64,000 bases of DNA from a virus (lineage: Duplodnaviria > Caudoviricetes), in the IMG/VR virus record IMGVR_UViG_3300035182_001315. One strand, written 5' to 3'. Of this stretch, positions 48,030-56,337 are shown piece after piece. The position numbers and the translations under genes were made by a program. Positions within the stretch are counted from its first letter, which is position 1, and each line of letters starts with the position of its first letter. The notes under the pieces were generated by a model. It saw only the letters and a program-made list of their open reading frames with translations. It did no database searches and had not been told where the DNA came from.

Positions 48030-50192
48030 TTAGTAGACCCCCCCATCGAGGATGTCAAATTCGGCAAGAACTCTAACACCATTTGGAATAGCTGGGTTTG
48101 TGCTTCTAATAACAATATCATTCAACTGTGTAACCCAAGCTCTGTTAGCAAAACCAACTGAACCAGTGTACTCAGTTACGGATGGAATGTTACCAGCTGT
48201 AAGACCAGTGAAGCCGTTCATCGCTCTGATATCCAAGGTTACTGATGAACCTGAAGTACCTGAACCATCTTGGATTGTCCAACCAGCACCGATAGATGTT
48301 GATGGAGTACCACCCGATGGATTAAAGTTGATTGTGATGTTATTATCTTCAACGTACAACTGTGAAGTAAACGCTGAAATGGTTCCACCCAATACAGTCA
48401 AGTTACCGGCAACAGTTACATCACCAGCACTTATGATACCACCAGAACCAACAGTCAATGAACCAGCTGCTGGAAGAGTCATGTTGGTACCATCAAATAT
48501 CGCCGTACCTGTAATTAACTTACCAGAAGCAGGAGAGCTATAGATAAGTCTATTAGCAGTAAGGTCATTCGCTGTAAGGCCAGAGAAACTTGTCAAGTTG
48601 ACAACCAACGGATTCTGACCATTGTTCTGGTTTACAGAAAGAGCATTTGATGCCGGTGTGTATGTGTAACCAGTTACGAAAGTATCTGATGTTGTAATCG
48701 CTGAAATAGCTGCCAAAACAAAACCACCTGAAGTACCTGAAAGGAACTGATTGGCGAAGTTTGTATTACCCTGATATGTCTTAATCTGACCAAAGATATT
48801 CAAGTCCTGAGTTGCGATAGCAGTAGAAGCGGAAATTGTTGCCGCAGAAACGCTACCAGCAGATACAGTTGTTGAAGTTAAGCCAGCAAAGTTGCTTATG
48901 TTCGTTGTGAACGTACCACCAGTACTGTTTGTAATGGTCAACGTATTGTTAGAGAATGTCGCACCAGTTGCCTTCACATCAACAAGACCTGTGATATTCG
49001 AAGCAGAGATGTTTGTAAGACCAGCACCATTACCAAAGAATGAACCACCTGAAAAGGTAGCACCAGTAACCAATGGAGCAAAAATCGTAGAAGCACCTTG
49101 AATGGTACCACCGGAGATTGTTGAACCGAAGATAGCAGGAGCTGTAACTGAAGTTGATGCGGCAACCGTAGCACCAGAAATTGATGTTGCTAATGCTGTT
49201 GTTGCTGAAAGAATACCGTTAACTGTAAGACCAGTAAAGTTATTTATGGTTGTTGAGAATGTACCACCAGTGCTATTGGTAATCGTCAATAAGTTATTTG
49301 TAAATGTTGCACCGGTTGCCTTCACATCAACAAGTCCTGTGATATTTGCAGCTGTGATATTGGTAATTGCGGCACCATTACCAGCTAAAGTACCACCTGA
49401 AATTGAGGTACCAAGAATTGTTGTACCAGAAACCAACGGCGCAGAAAGAGATATTGAAGCTTGAACTGTTGATGCAGATACTGAAGTAGCCAATGCCGTA
49501 ACCGCAGAGAATGTACCATTTACTGTAAGAGCAGAGAAGTTGTTTATCAATACAGAGAATGTACCGCCAGTATTATTCGTGATTGTAAGTGTATTGTTTG
49601 TGAAGGTACCACCCGTAGCCTTGGTATCATTGATACCTGTAAGGCCAGCACCAGAACCAAAGAACGTACCGCCAGAGAAAATAGGTGACTGAATTGTACC
49701 AGCAGACATTGAAGTAGCCTGTACAGTCGCAGCAGAAAGTGTACCGTTTACTGTTAAACCAGTAACAGCATTGAATGTTGCTGAAAGGGCCGGTTGACCG
49801 TTATTTTGATTAATTGTGAATGTGTTGTTGTTGTAAGTGAAGCCGGTTGTGAAGGTATCGCTTGTTGAAATTTGAGAAATATTTGCAAGCGTGAACCCAC
49901 CTGTTGTACCTGAAAGGAACTTACCCGCAAGGCCAGCACCCGTGACACCTTCATACTGGATGATTCTGTGTCTAAGAGCAAGGTCATAAAGGTTAGAACC
50001 AACTTCAAAGAAAACGGAAGTTGCACCAGAACCAGCCTGAGTCCAACCAGAAGTTGACTGCGTATTACCAGAAAAATATAAGATACCATCGGCTGTATTT
50101 ACGATGGGTTCGCCCAAAGCCAAGGTTGTTGGTAATGGACGAGCAACAATGTTACTGTTTTTTAATATATGGGTGATTGTACGTTTTGCCAT
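48030..50192 (-). CDS. Tail fibre protein with internal repeats
   Basis: N-terminal LKNS...LALGEPIVNTADGILYF; repeats D(T/V)KATGxTFTNNxLTITNxTGGTF...NNF.GLTVNG. Confidence 0.75.
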   Translation of the reverse strand: MAKRTITHILKNSNIVARPLPTTLALGEPIVNTADGILYFSGNTQSTSGWTQAGSGATSVFFEVGSNLYDLALRHRIIQYEGVTGAGLAGKFLSGTTGGFTLANISQISTSDTFTTGFTYNNNTFTINQNNGQPALSATFNAVTGLTVNGTLSAATVQATSMSAGTIQSPIFSGGTFFGSGAGLTGINDTKATGGTFTNNTLTITNNTGGTFSVLINNFSALTVNGTFSAVTALATSVSASTVQASISLSAPLVSGTTILGTSISGGTLAGNGAAITNITAANITGLVDVKATGATFTNNLLTITNSTGGTFSTTINNFTGLTVNGILSATTALATSISGATVAASTSVTAPAIFGSTISGGTIQGASTIFAPLVTGATFSGGSFFGNGAGLTNISASNITGLVDVKATGATFSNNTLTITNSTGGTFTTNISNFAGLTSTTVSAGSVSAATISASTAIATQDLNIFGQIKTYQGNTNFANQFLSGTSGGFVLAAISAITTSDTFVTGYTYTPASNALSVNQNNGQNPLVVNLTSFSGLTANDLTANRLIYSSPASGKLITGTAIFDGTNMTLPAAGSLTVGSGGIISAGDVTVAGNLTVLGGTISAFTSQLYVEDNNITINFNPSGGTPSTSIGAGWTIQDGSGTSGSSVTLDIRAMNGFTGLTAGNIPSVTEYTGSVGFANRAWVTQLNDIVIRSTNPAIPNGVRVLAEFDILDGGVY

Positions 50193-50210
50193 TATTGGAT
50201 AGGGTTTCCA

Positions 50211-50218
50211 ATAAATAT
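50211..50218 (-). promoter_or_regulatory. Representative copy of the recurrent ATATTTAT putative late promoter
   Basis: One of 13 copies upstream of gene starts (see findings). Confidence 0.65.
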
Positions 50219-50352
50219 GTAATTTAATGCCAAAATTGTGTAAACTTACCCGAAACTTATTGATTGTAAATAAGTCATTTATAATACCTTGAAAATCAAC
50301 ATTAAAATTAGATTAAAACTGTTAAAAAATATGTGTTTATTTATAAACAGAC

Positions 50353-50733
50353 TTAGTAGTTTCCACCTATAAGAATATCGTCTTGGATAATTGAGTTGTT
50401 TGCGGTTATTGTTCGTTGGTTACCGTCAGAGTCCAGACCCAAATCCAAGCTGGGTGTTTTCACATAATTGGTAGAGGTCCAGTATGAAGTTGTGCCGCTG
50501 ACAGTATTAAGGTCACGGAATCTTTTGACTGGGGTACCGATGGTATAAATGCCATCATCTTTAGGAACAAGGTTAGAAGAAAAAATAGTAGAACCGCTTT
50601 CCATTACGAACATAGGTTCACCATCACAGTTGAACAATGCGTTGGTGTAAACACCAGTACATGCCGTCCATGTTGCGCTCTCGCCGGTTAAGAAAAGAGG
50701 CTCTATAATGAAGGTCTCATTTACTATACTCAT
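50353..50733 (-). CDS. Small putative structural protein
   Basis: 126 aa; NLVPKDDGIYTIGTPVKRFR resembles a fibre-like segment; overlaps the upstream gene. Confidence 0.55.
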   Translation of the reverse strand: MSIVNETFIIEPLFLTGESATWTACTGVYTNALFNCDGEPMFVMESGSTIFSSNLVPKDDGIYTIGTPVKRFRDLNTVSGTTSYWTSTNYVKTPSLDLGLDSDGNQRTITANNSIIQDDILIGGNY

Positions 50734-51782
50734 AGTGTATTACCAATTAATTGAAAGGTGCCTGTTGTTATATTCGCTTTTGTTACACTGATATTTACTA
50801 CATCACCCTGCTGAATAACCAATGGAACGCCCATTACCAATCCATCAAAAACCGTATTATTGTTTATGTTAATGATGATTCTTGATATATCAACCACGTT
50901 TATCAAGCCGGTGAAGGTGATAGCATATGCTGCGGTGAAGCTGAAGTCTGGGTCAGACCTTGGTTTAAATACGATGGTATATGTAGCGGTATTTCCTTTA
51001 ACAACTGGGTCAAAGATTACATTATGAAAACGCTTATTTTCATCCAATTCAATAAATGCCATACCACGGTTAATTGTTGGAACAACTTCAAAATCCTCTT
51101 CATCCAAGATATAACCCAAAAGAGTCATCTCGAATTGTTGAACATAGAATCTACGATTTTCAAAATCATCAATATTGCTTTCGTCGCTGATGCTTTCCAA
51201 ATGGACCGGCATAGGATGACCATTTACTCCAATATAAGCCTGTCTTGATTGAAAGGTTTTGTGAATCTTACTGTTAAATCTGTTCAAGTCCTTCATTCTG
51301 CCGGTGAAAAGTCTTACTTCATAGGTAATATCAACACTGGTCGGCTGAGGGATTTTATAAAGGTCAACACCCTTTCTTGCACCATCGAAGGTTGGTACTT
51401 TCATGTAAGTATAGGTACGATTACCGGGAATGTTCCAAAGACCCGCTTGGTTTTGACCCACCTGAATGTCAGGTTGTCTAACCACGGTTATGAAAGGCAT
51501 CTTTATGTCTTCGTATTCTGATTCGTCGAACTTCCATGTCTTGGTGAACTCAGTCCATCTTTGAATGGTAAGGAAAAATACAGGAATCTTTCGGCCATCA
51601 AGGGTTATGCTCAGCTCATTCTTCACGAATTCAACAAAGCTCAGGTCCATATCCTCTTCAGAAACGCCCCTTGGCAAAAAGGTTCCCTTATCAGCAATTC
51701 CATCAAGGATTTCCTGTCTACGTGGAACACCAATCTTACTTGGGTGAATATTTATGTCGTTTCTAAAGCCCTTTGGTACCAT
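50730..51782 (-). CDS. Putative tail completion/terminator protein
   Basis: KMPFITVVR...KIPQPTSVDITYEVRLFT...QQFEMTLLGY, next to a neck gene; family assignment is inference. Confidence 0.55.
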   Translation of the reverse strand: MVPKGFRNDINIHPSKIGVPRRQEILDGIADKGTFLPRGVSEEDMDLSFVEFVKNELSITLDGRKIPVFFLTIQRWTEFTKTWKFDESEYEDIKMPFITVVRQPDIQVGQNQAGLWNIPGNRTYTYMKVPTFDGARKGVDLYKIPQPTSVDITYEVRLFTGRMKDLNRFNSKIHKTFQSRQAYIGVNGHPMPVHLESISDESNIDDFENRRFYVQQFEMTLLGYILDEEDFEVVPTINRGMAFIELDENKRFHNVIFDPVVKGNTATYTIVFKPRSDPDFSFTAAYAITFTGLINVVDISRIIININNNTVFDGLVMGVPLVIQQGDVVNISVTKANITTGTFQLIGNTL

Positions 51783-51783
51783 T

Positions 51784-52386
51784 TTATATTATTTTATTGC
51801 TTTTCTTTAAATTATCCTCACCCCATAACGGCTGCAAATTGCTTAATGCGTTTACAACACTCGGATGAGCACCTACATCAAATCTTGAAACCGGATATAT
51901 ATGGTCAATATGCCAATCACCATGATTTTCCCAAGTCATGCCTTCAACGAAAAGAGTTGAGATATAAATTTTGAGTTCGAGAGCTGAATAACCAAGTAAT
52001 TTATCGGTTGTTCCCTCTTTTTTTCTACCCATTCTACTTAAACAGTTGTTTAATAATCCTCTCCATTTATCATAAATTGTTAACTTTCTTGTTAATCTTC
52101 GTTGTTTCTTACCCTTTTCACTTTTATTATAACTTGTTATCGCCGTAATTCTATTCTGACTTTGGTTCCTTAATCGGTCGTATTCTTTTAATTCGGTCGA
52201 TTTTGTATTTCTGTAATTCTTCTGATATTCCGTCACTTTTCCGACATTATTTTGAAAATAAGTCTTTTTTCGTTCTTTGATACCCTCAGGATTTGCGTCA
52301 CGATAAACCTTAACTTTAGCGCAAATTTTTACCTTATTTGCCAAGTAGTATTGTCTATTCATCTCTTTTTTCTCTTCCGGGGTCAT
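51784..52386 (-). CDS. HNH homing endonuclease
   Basis: LGYSALELKIYISTLFVEGMTWENHGDWHIDHIYPVS...NALSNLQPLWGEDNLKKSN; intact. Confidence 0.92.
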   Translation of the reverse strand: MTPEEKKEMNRQYYLANKVKICAKVKVYRDANPEGIKERKKTYFQNNVGKVTEYQKNYRNTKSTELKEYDRLRNQSQNRITAITSYNKSEKGKKQRRLTRKLTIYDKWRGLLNNCLSRMGRKKEGTTDKLLGYSALELKIYISTLFVEGMTWENHGDWHIDHIYPVSRFDVGAHPSVVNALSNLQPLWGEDNLKKSNKII

Positions 52387-52396
52387 GTGTTAATTT

Positions 52397-52918
52397 TTAG
52401 ATTCCTCTGAACTCTGATGAGTCAACCGGCGCACAGATTACGGTTCTGAATGCACCCTTATAACCCACAATTGTGTGTTTGTTATCCCAGTTCTTTTTAC
52501 CGTCATTTACAACGCTAAAGAACCTCATTTCCTTCTCCGTAACCGCATATCCTACATAATCACCGTATCTTATATCTACCTCTTCCTCAGCCAGCTGTGC
52601 TACATAGATTGCGAAGGTAAACTGCCCATCCTGTAAATATCTCCCAGTACCGTTATCGTTGTAAACCTTGTTTTCCGGCTCAGCATGAATCGGAACAACC
52701 TTCAACTCTATAGGCGGCATCCAGCGGATGCCATCTTTCACCGCTTCACCGTAAAGGTCATCAAATTGGCTCATTTGACGGTCTACACGGTAAAGGACTA
52801 TGGTAAAGTTTCCGTCACCTTCAATAGCTTCACGGCCCATTTGGATGTCCAAATTGAAATCTTCCTCTCCGAAGAACTTGTTGCTACGATTGATTGGGGT
52901 GATTTTAGGTGTTGCCAT
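52397..52918 (-). CDS. Putative neck/head-completion protein (T4 gp14-like)
   Basis: DDLYGEAV...PPIELK...GQFTFAIY...DIRYGDYVGY; ATATTTAT upstream. Confidence 0.6.
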   Translation of the reverse strand: MATPKITPINRSNKFFGEEDFNLDIQMGREAIEGDGNFTIVLYRVDRQMSQFDDLYGEAVKDGIRWMPPIELKVVPIHAEPENKVYNDNGTGRYLQDGQFTFAIYVAQLAEEEVDIRYGDYVGYAVTEKEMRFFSVVNDGKKNWDNKHTIVGYKGAFRTVICAPVDSSEFRGI

Positions 52919-52966
52919 TGCGCTTTATTGATAAATATTTGAAGAAGCAAGAATATTCCAAAAGAC

Positions 52967-52996
52967 TTGATTTTATTTGAAAATTCGTTATATTAA
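52967..52996 (+). promoter_or_regulatory. TTGATT-N16-TATATTAA promoter for the SNF2 helicase operon
   Basis: Same geometry as the promoter at 19334-19361. Confidence 0.55.
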
Positions 52997-53029
52997 TGCA
53001 TAATTATCCATTTAACAAACACACTGATT

Positions 53030-54871
53030 TTGATTAGATTAGAAGACATAATGGGCCACTCAGTAACCAGCTTGTTAGAAGCTTACAAGGGTATCAATCC
53101 GTACTTGAAAAAGTTGCGCAACGATTACTTGAAGAATAACAAGATTCAACTGACCGATACCCAGATAAAATACATACAAGACAACCATGAGCGTGAACCA
53201 ATGCTCATTAACCGTGTTGTGAAGATTACTCCCTACCTTGGCGAAGAACTTCAGAAGAAATATGAATTAAAGTTTCAACCTGAAAAAATTCTTATTGAAT
53301 ACATGTTGGCTGAAAACGAAAAGGCTTACCACATCTATGGCAAGCTTAAGCGTAATCAAGTCGAATCCTCTATGTACTGGGTTCCAAAGACTCAAGTTTT
53401 GGATGACCCTTACTTCGAGGAAATTAACATGGATGTTGATTTCGATAAATATAATGATATCCTTGCCAAGTTCGGAAAGAAGCTTTATTCACACCAAGAG
53501 TCTGGACCTAAGTTCCTGCTTGGAAGAAATGGTTGCATACTGGCCGATGATATGGGCCTTGGAAAATCCATGCAATCTATCATTGCTGCATTGGAATCCG
53601 GCGCAGAAAGAATACTTGTTGTTTGTCCAGCATCAGCAAAGATTAACTGGAAAAGAGAAATTGAAGTTTTCTGTAAGGACGTAACTATCATTGATGGCAA
53701 GCGTTGGGATAAAGCAAAGTTTACTATTATCAACTATGATATCCTGAAGAATTTCCATACCCTTCAAGACAAGGATATCAAAAAGGCATTACCTGAAAAT
53801 TTATTGAACCGTCAATTGGTAAACGCAAAGTTTGATTTGGCTATTGTTGATGAAGCGCACAATCTTAGTAATGCAAAGAGTGCCCGTAGCGAAATCATGG
53901 TTGAAGTGCTCGTTAAGCATGCTGTACCAAAGGTTTGGTTACTTACAGGTACACCGATTACCAACAGACCAATCAACTTTTATAATCTTTTGAAATTGAT
54001 AAAGTCTCCATTGGCAAATGATTGGATGTATTACACTCGCAGATATTGTGATGCAAAGAAATTCTTCCGTACACTTAAGAATGGTATGAAGAAACAAATC
54101 TGGCTTACTGATGGTGCATCCAATTTGGATGAGCTTGCGGTTAAGACAAAAAATCTTATTCTTAGAAGACTTAAGAAGGATGTGTTGGATATGCCTGACA
54201 AGATTATCATTCCTTCATACTTGGATTTAACACCGAAGAGCCGCCGTGAATACGAAGACCTTTGGGATGAATACTTATTGAAGAGAGCCATGGCGAAAAA
54301 GAAAGGTGAACCACAAAGAGACCTTGTTGAAATCATCCTTCTTAGAAAGTTTATCGCAATGGAAGCCATACCAGCAACCATTGAACTTGTTGAGAATGCA
54401 ATTGAGCTGGGCAAGAAGGTTATTATCTTCACCAATTTCAGTGATGAGTTGGCTGAGCTTGAAGAACACTTTGGAAACCTTTGTGTCACGCATCATGGTA
54501 GCATGAATGCGAAGGAAAAACAGAAATCTGTTGATGCCTTCCAAGAAAAAGATAAGATTAAGGTATTTATTGGTAACGTGAAATCTGCCGGTGTTGCGAT
54601 TACCCTTACCAAGGCAAATATTGTTGTATTTAACTCATTTGAATGGGTACCGGGGCTTAACGAACAGGCGGAAGACCGTGCTTACAGAATCGGACAGAAC
54701 GATGATGTAACCGTTTACTATCAGATGTTCCTTGAGACAATCTCAACCAGAATGTGGGACACCCTGAGAGCAAAACAAGACGTGATTTCAACCATCATGG
54801 GAGATAAAAAGCTTTCTGAGGAAGAGATTATCGAAATAATGACAGACAAAATGATGGAAGACCATGGTTAG
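53030..54871 (+). CDS. SNF2/SWI2-family DNA helicase/translocase
   Basis: ILADDMGLGKS, VVCPAS, IVDEAH, LLTGTPITN, GVAITLTKA, QAEDRAYRIGQ. Confidence 0.93.
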   Translation: MIRLEDIMGHSVTSLLEAYKGINPYLKKLRNDYLKNNKIQLTDTQIKYIQDNHEREPMLINRVVKITPYLGEELQKKYELKFQPEKILIEYMLAENEKAYHIYGKLKRNQVESSMYWVPKTQVLDDPYFEEINMDVDFDKYNDILAKFGKKLYSHQESGPKFLLGRNGCILADDMGLGKSMQSIIAALESGAERILVVCPASAKINWKREIEVFCKDVTIIDGKRWDKAKFTIINYDILKNFHTLQDKDIKKALPENLLNRQLVNAKFDLAIVDEAHNLSNAKSARSEIMVEVLVKHAVPKVWLLTGTPITNRPINFYNLLKLIKSPLANDWMYYTRRYCDAKKFFRTLKNGMKKQIWLTDGASNLDELAVKTKNLILRRLKKDVLDMPDKIIIPSYLDLTPKSRREYEDLWDEYLLKRAMAKKKGEPQRDLVEIILLRKFIAMEAIPATIELVENAIELGKKVIIFTNFSDELAELEEHFGNLCVTHHGSMNAKEKQKSVDAFQEKDKIKVFIGNVKSAGVAITLTKANIVVFNSFEWVPGLNEQAEDRAYRIGQNDDVTVYYQMFLETISTRMWDTLRAKQDVISTIMGDKKLSEEEIIEIMTDKMMEDHG

Positions 54872-55118
54872 ACTTTATACAATTGAAAACTGCCCATACT
54901 GCACCGAATTGAAGGAAATCTTCAACAACGAAGGGGTGGAATTCGTCGAAGTTGACGTAAATAAGCCTGAAAATCAGGAAGAATATAAGAAAGTTTTCGA
55001 AATTACCAAATCGGACGATGTGCCGATGATAAAGGTAGACAAAAGGCTTTTGGTAGCCAATGTTTCGTTTTTTAGCATTAGGGAAGCCGCCGACCTAACC
55101 AAGAAGTTTTTGGTTTAA
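54864..55118 (+). CDS. Glutaredoxin (NrdH/Grx-like)
   Basis: YTIENCPYC active site; DVPMI cis-Pro motif; 84 aa. Confidence 0.88.
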   Translation: MVRLYTIENCPYCTELKEIFNNEGVEFVEVDVNKPENQEEYKKVFEITKSDDVPMIKVDKRLLVANVSFFSIREAADLTKKFLV

Positions 55119-55154
55119 TTGCGTATTTTCTAATATTTATAAGAAAACGAACTT

Positions 55155-56303
55155 ATGCCAATACCAGATGCAGACAGAGACAAACTTTTCTTACAATTCA
55201 GACACTCTATGGGTTCTCCTATCCGTGCCGTTGAGTTGGAAGACGAACAGTTGTGTACTCTTTTAGAAGTTGCCACAGACAGGTACGCCCAGTACGTGCA
55301 GGAATGGCTTGTTGAAAACCAATGGATGTCCCTTTATGGAAAGAACATCTCAACCACAGATATGGCCTTCGCTCTTAGCGTTAGGTCTCTGGATTACGTT
55401 AATCAATTCACATACGCATACTCAAAACAAGTCGGTCTTCAGACCAGAGGTCCATGGGAACTCAAAAAAGACTTTGTAACGCTTGAAGCCGGAAGACAGG
55501 TTTATCAAATTCCTGCTGGCCGTGAAATCAATGAAGTACTTTGGCTTACACCAACAGCTATAAATGCTGCTCTTCTTGCAAACTTCTCTGGAGTCGATTA
55601 CGGCTTCGGTGGTGGCTTCGCACAGACAGGTGGTGGATTTGGTGGTGCCGGTGGTGTTGGTGGCCGTCAGGGTTACTATATTGCCCCAGCTTTCGATGTA
55701 TTGCTTACAGCACAAGACATGAACCTTAAGAACAGAATTGTGAGAAGCGAATTGGTTTATAAGGTAACCGCAGGCCCAGACGGAACAAGACTTTTGCACT
55801 TGCTTTCTACTCCGGGGTCTAAGCTTTCTTTCGGTAACGGTATTGGACCGAATGCTGCTGGTGAATCTATTGGAATCGCCGGTTGTCAAGTTTGGTATCA
55901 CTATTATGATACAACACCAGCTAACGTTGACCAGTGTAAAAAAGACAATCCAGATATCATTCTCCTTCCAAATCAGGTTCCACTTGGAGAACTGAACTTT
56001 GCAACATTCAACGCACCAACAAAGACACTTATCAGACAGATATTTTTTGGCGAAGCTAAAAGAGCCTTGGCCAGAGTAAGAGGAAAGTTTGGTGGTATTG
56101 TTGGACCGCCTGAAGCAGAAAGAACAATGGATTACGAATCATTGTTGACTGAAGGTAACGAAGAAATCAACGCAGCTTTGCAGAGATTGGATGAAAGACT
56201 TCTTAGATTATCTACAGTAAGTCAGTTAGAAAGAGCGGCAAACGAAGCTGAGTATCTTAACAGAGCACTTAAATTACAACCATTAGGATTTTGGGTATAT
56301 TAA
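55155..56303 (+). CDS. Putative neck protein (T4 gp13-like)
   Basis: MGSPIRAVELEDEQL...; AKRALARVRGKFGG...LLTEGNEE. ATATTTAT upstream although the gene is on the + strand. Confidence 0.6.
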   Translation: MPIPDADRDKLFLQFRHSMGSPIRAVELEDEQLCTLLEVATDRYAQYVQEWLVENQWMSLYGKNISTTDMAFALSVRSLDYVNQFTYAYSKQVGLQTRGPWELKKDFVTLEAGRQVYQIPAGREINEVLWLTPTAINAALLANFSGVDYGFGGGFAQTGGGFGGAGGVGGRQGYYIAPAFDVLLTAQDMNLKNRIVRSELVYKVTAGPDGTRLLHLLSTPGSKLSFGNGIGPNAAGESIGIAGCQVWYHYYDTTPANVDQCKKDNPDIILLPNQVPLGELNFATFNAPTKTLIRQIFFGEAKRALARVRGKFGGIVGPPEAERTMDYESLLTEGNEEINAALQRLDERLLRLSTVSQLERAANEAEYLNRALKLQPLGFWVY

Positions 56304-56304
56304 T

Positions 56305-56335
56305 AAAAAAAGGAAGCATTACAGCTTCCTTTTTT
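56305..56335. terminator. Bidirectional terminator
   Basis: AAAAAAAGGAAGC-ATTACA-GCTTCCTTTTTT between convergent neck and polymerase genes. Confidence 0.9.
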
Positions 56336-56337
56336 AT

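Noticed and set aside
45188-50192. Diversity-generating retroelement acting on the fibre genes
   Set aside because: No reverse transcriptase in the window and no long repeat pair differing only at adenines.
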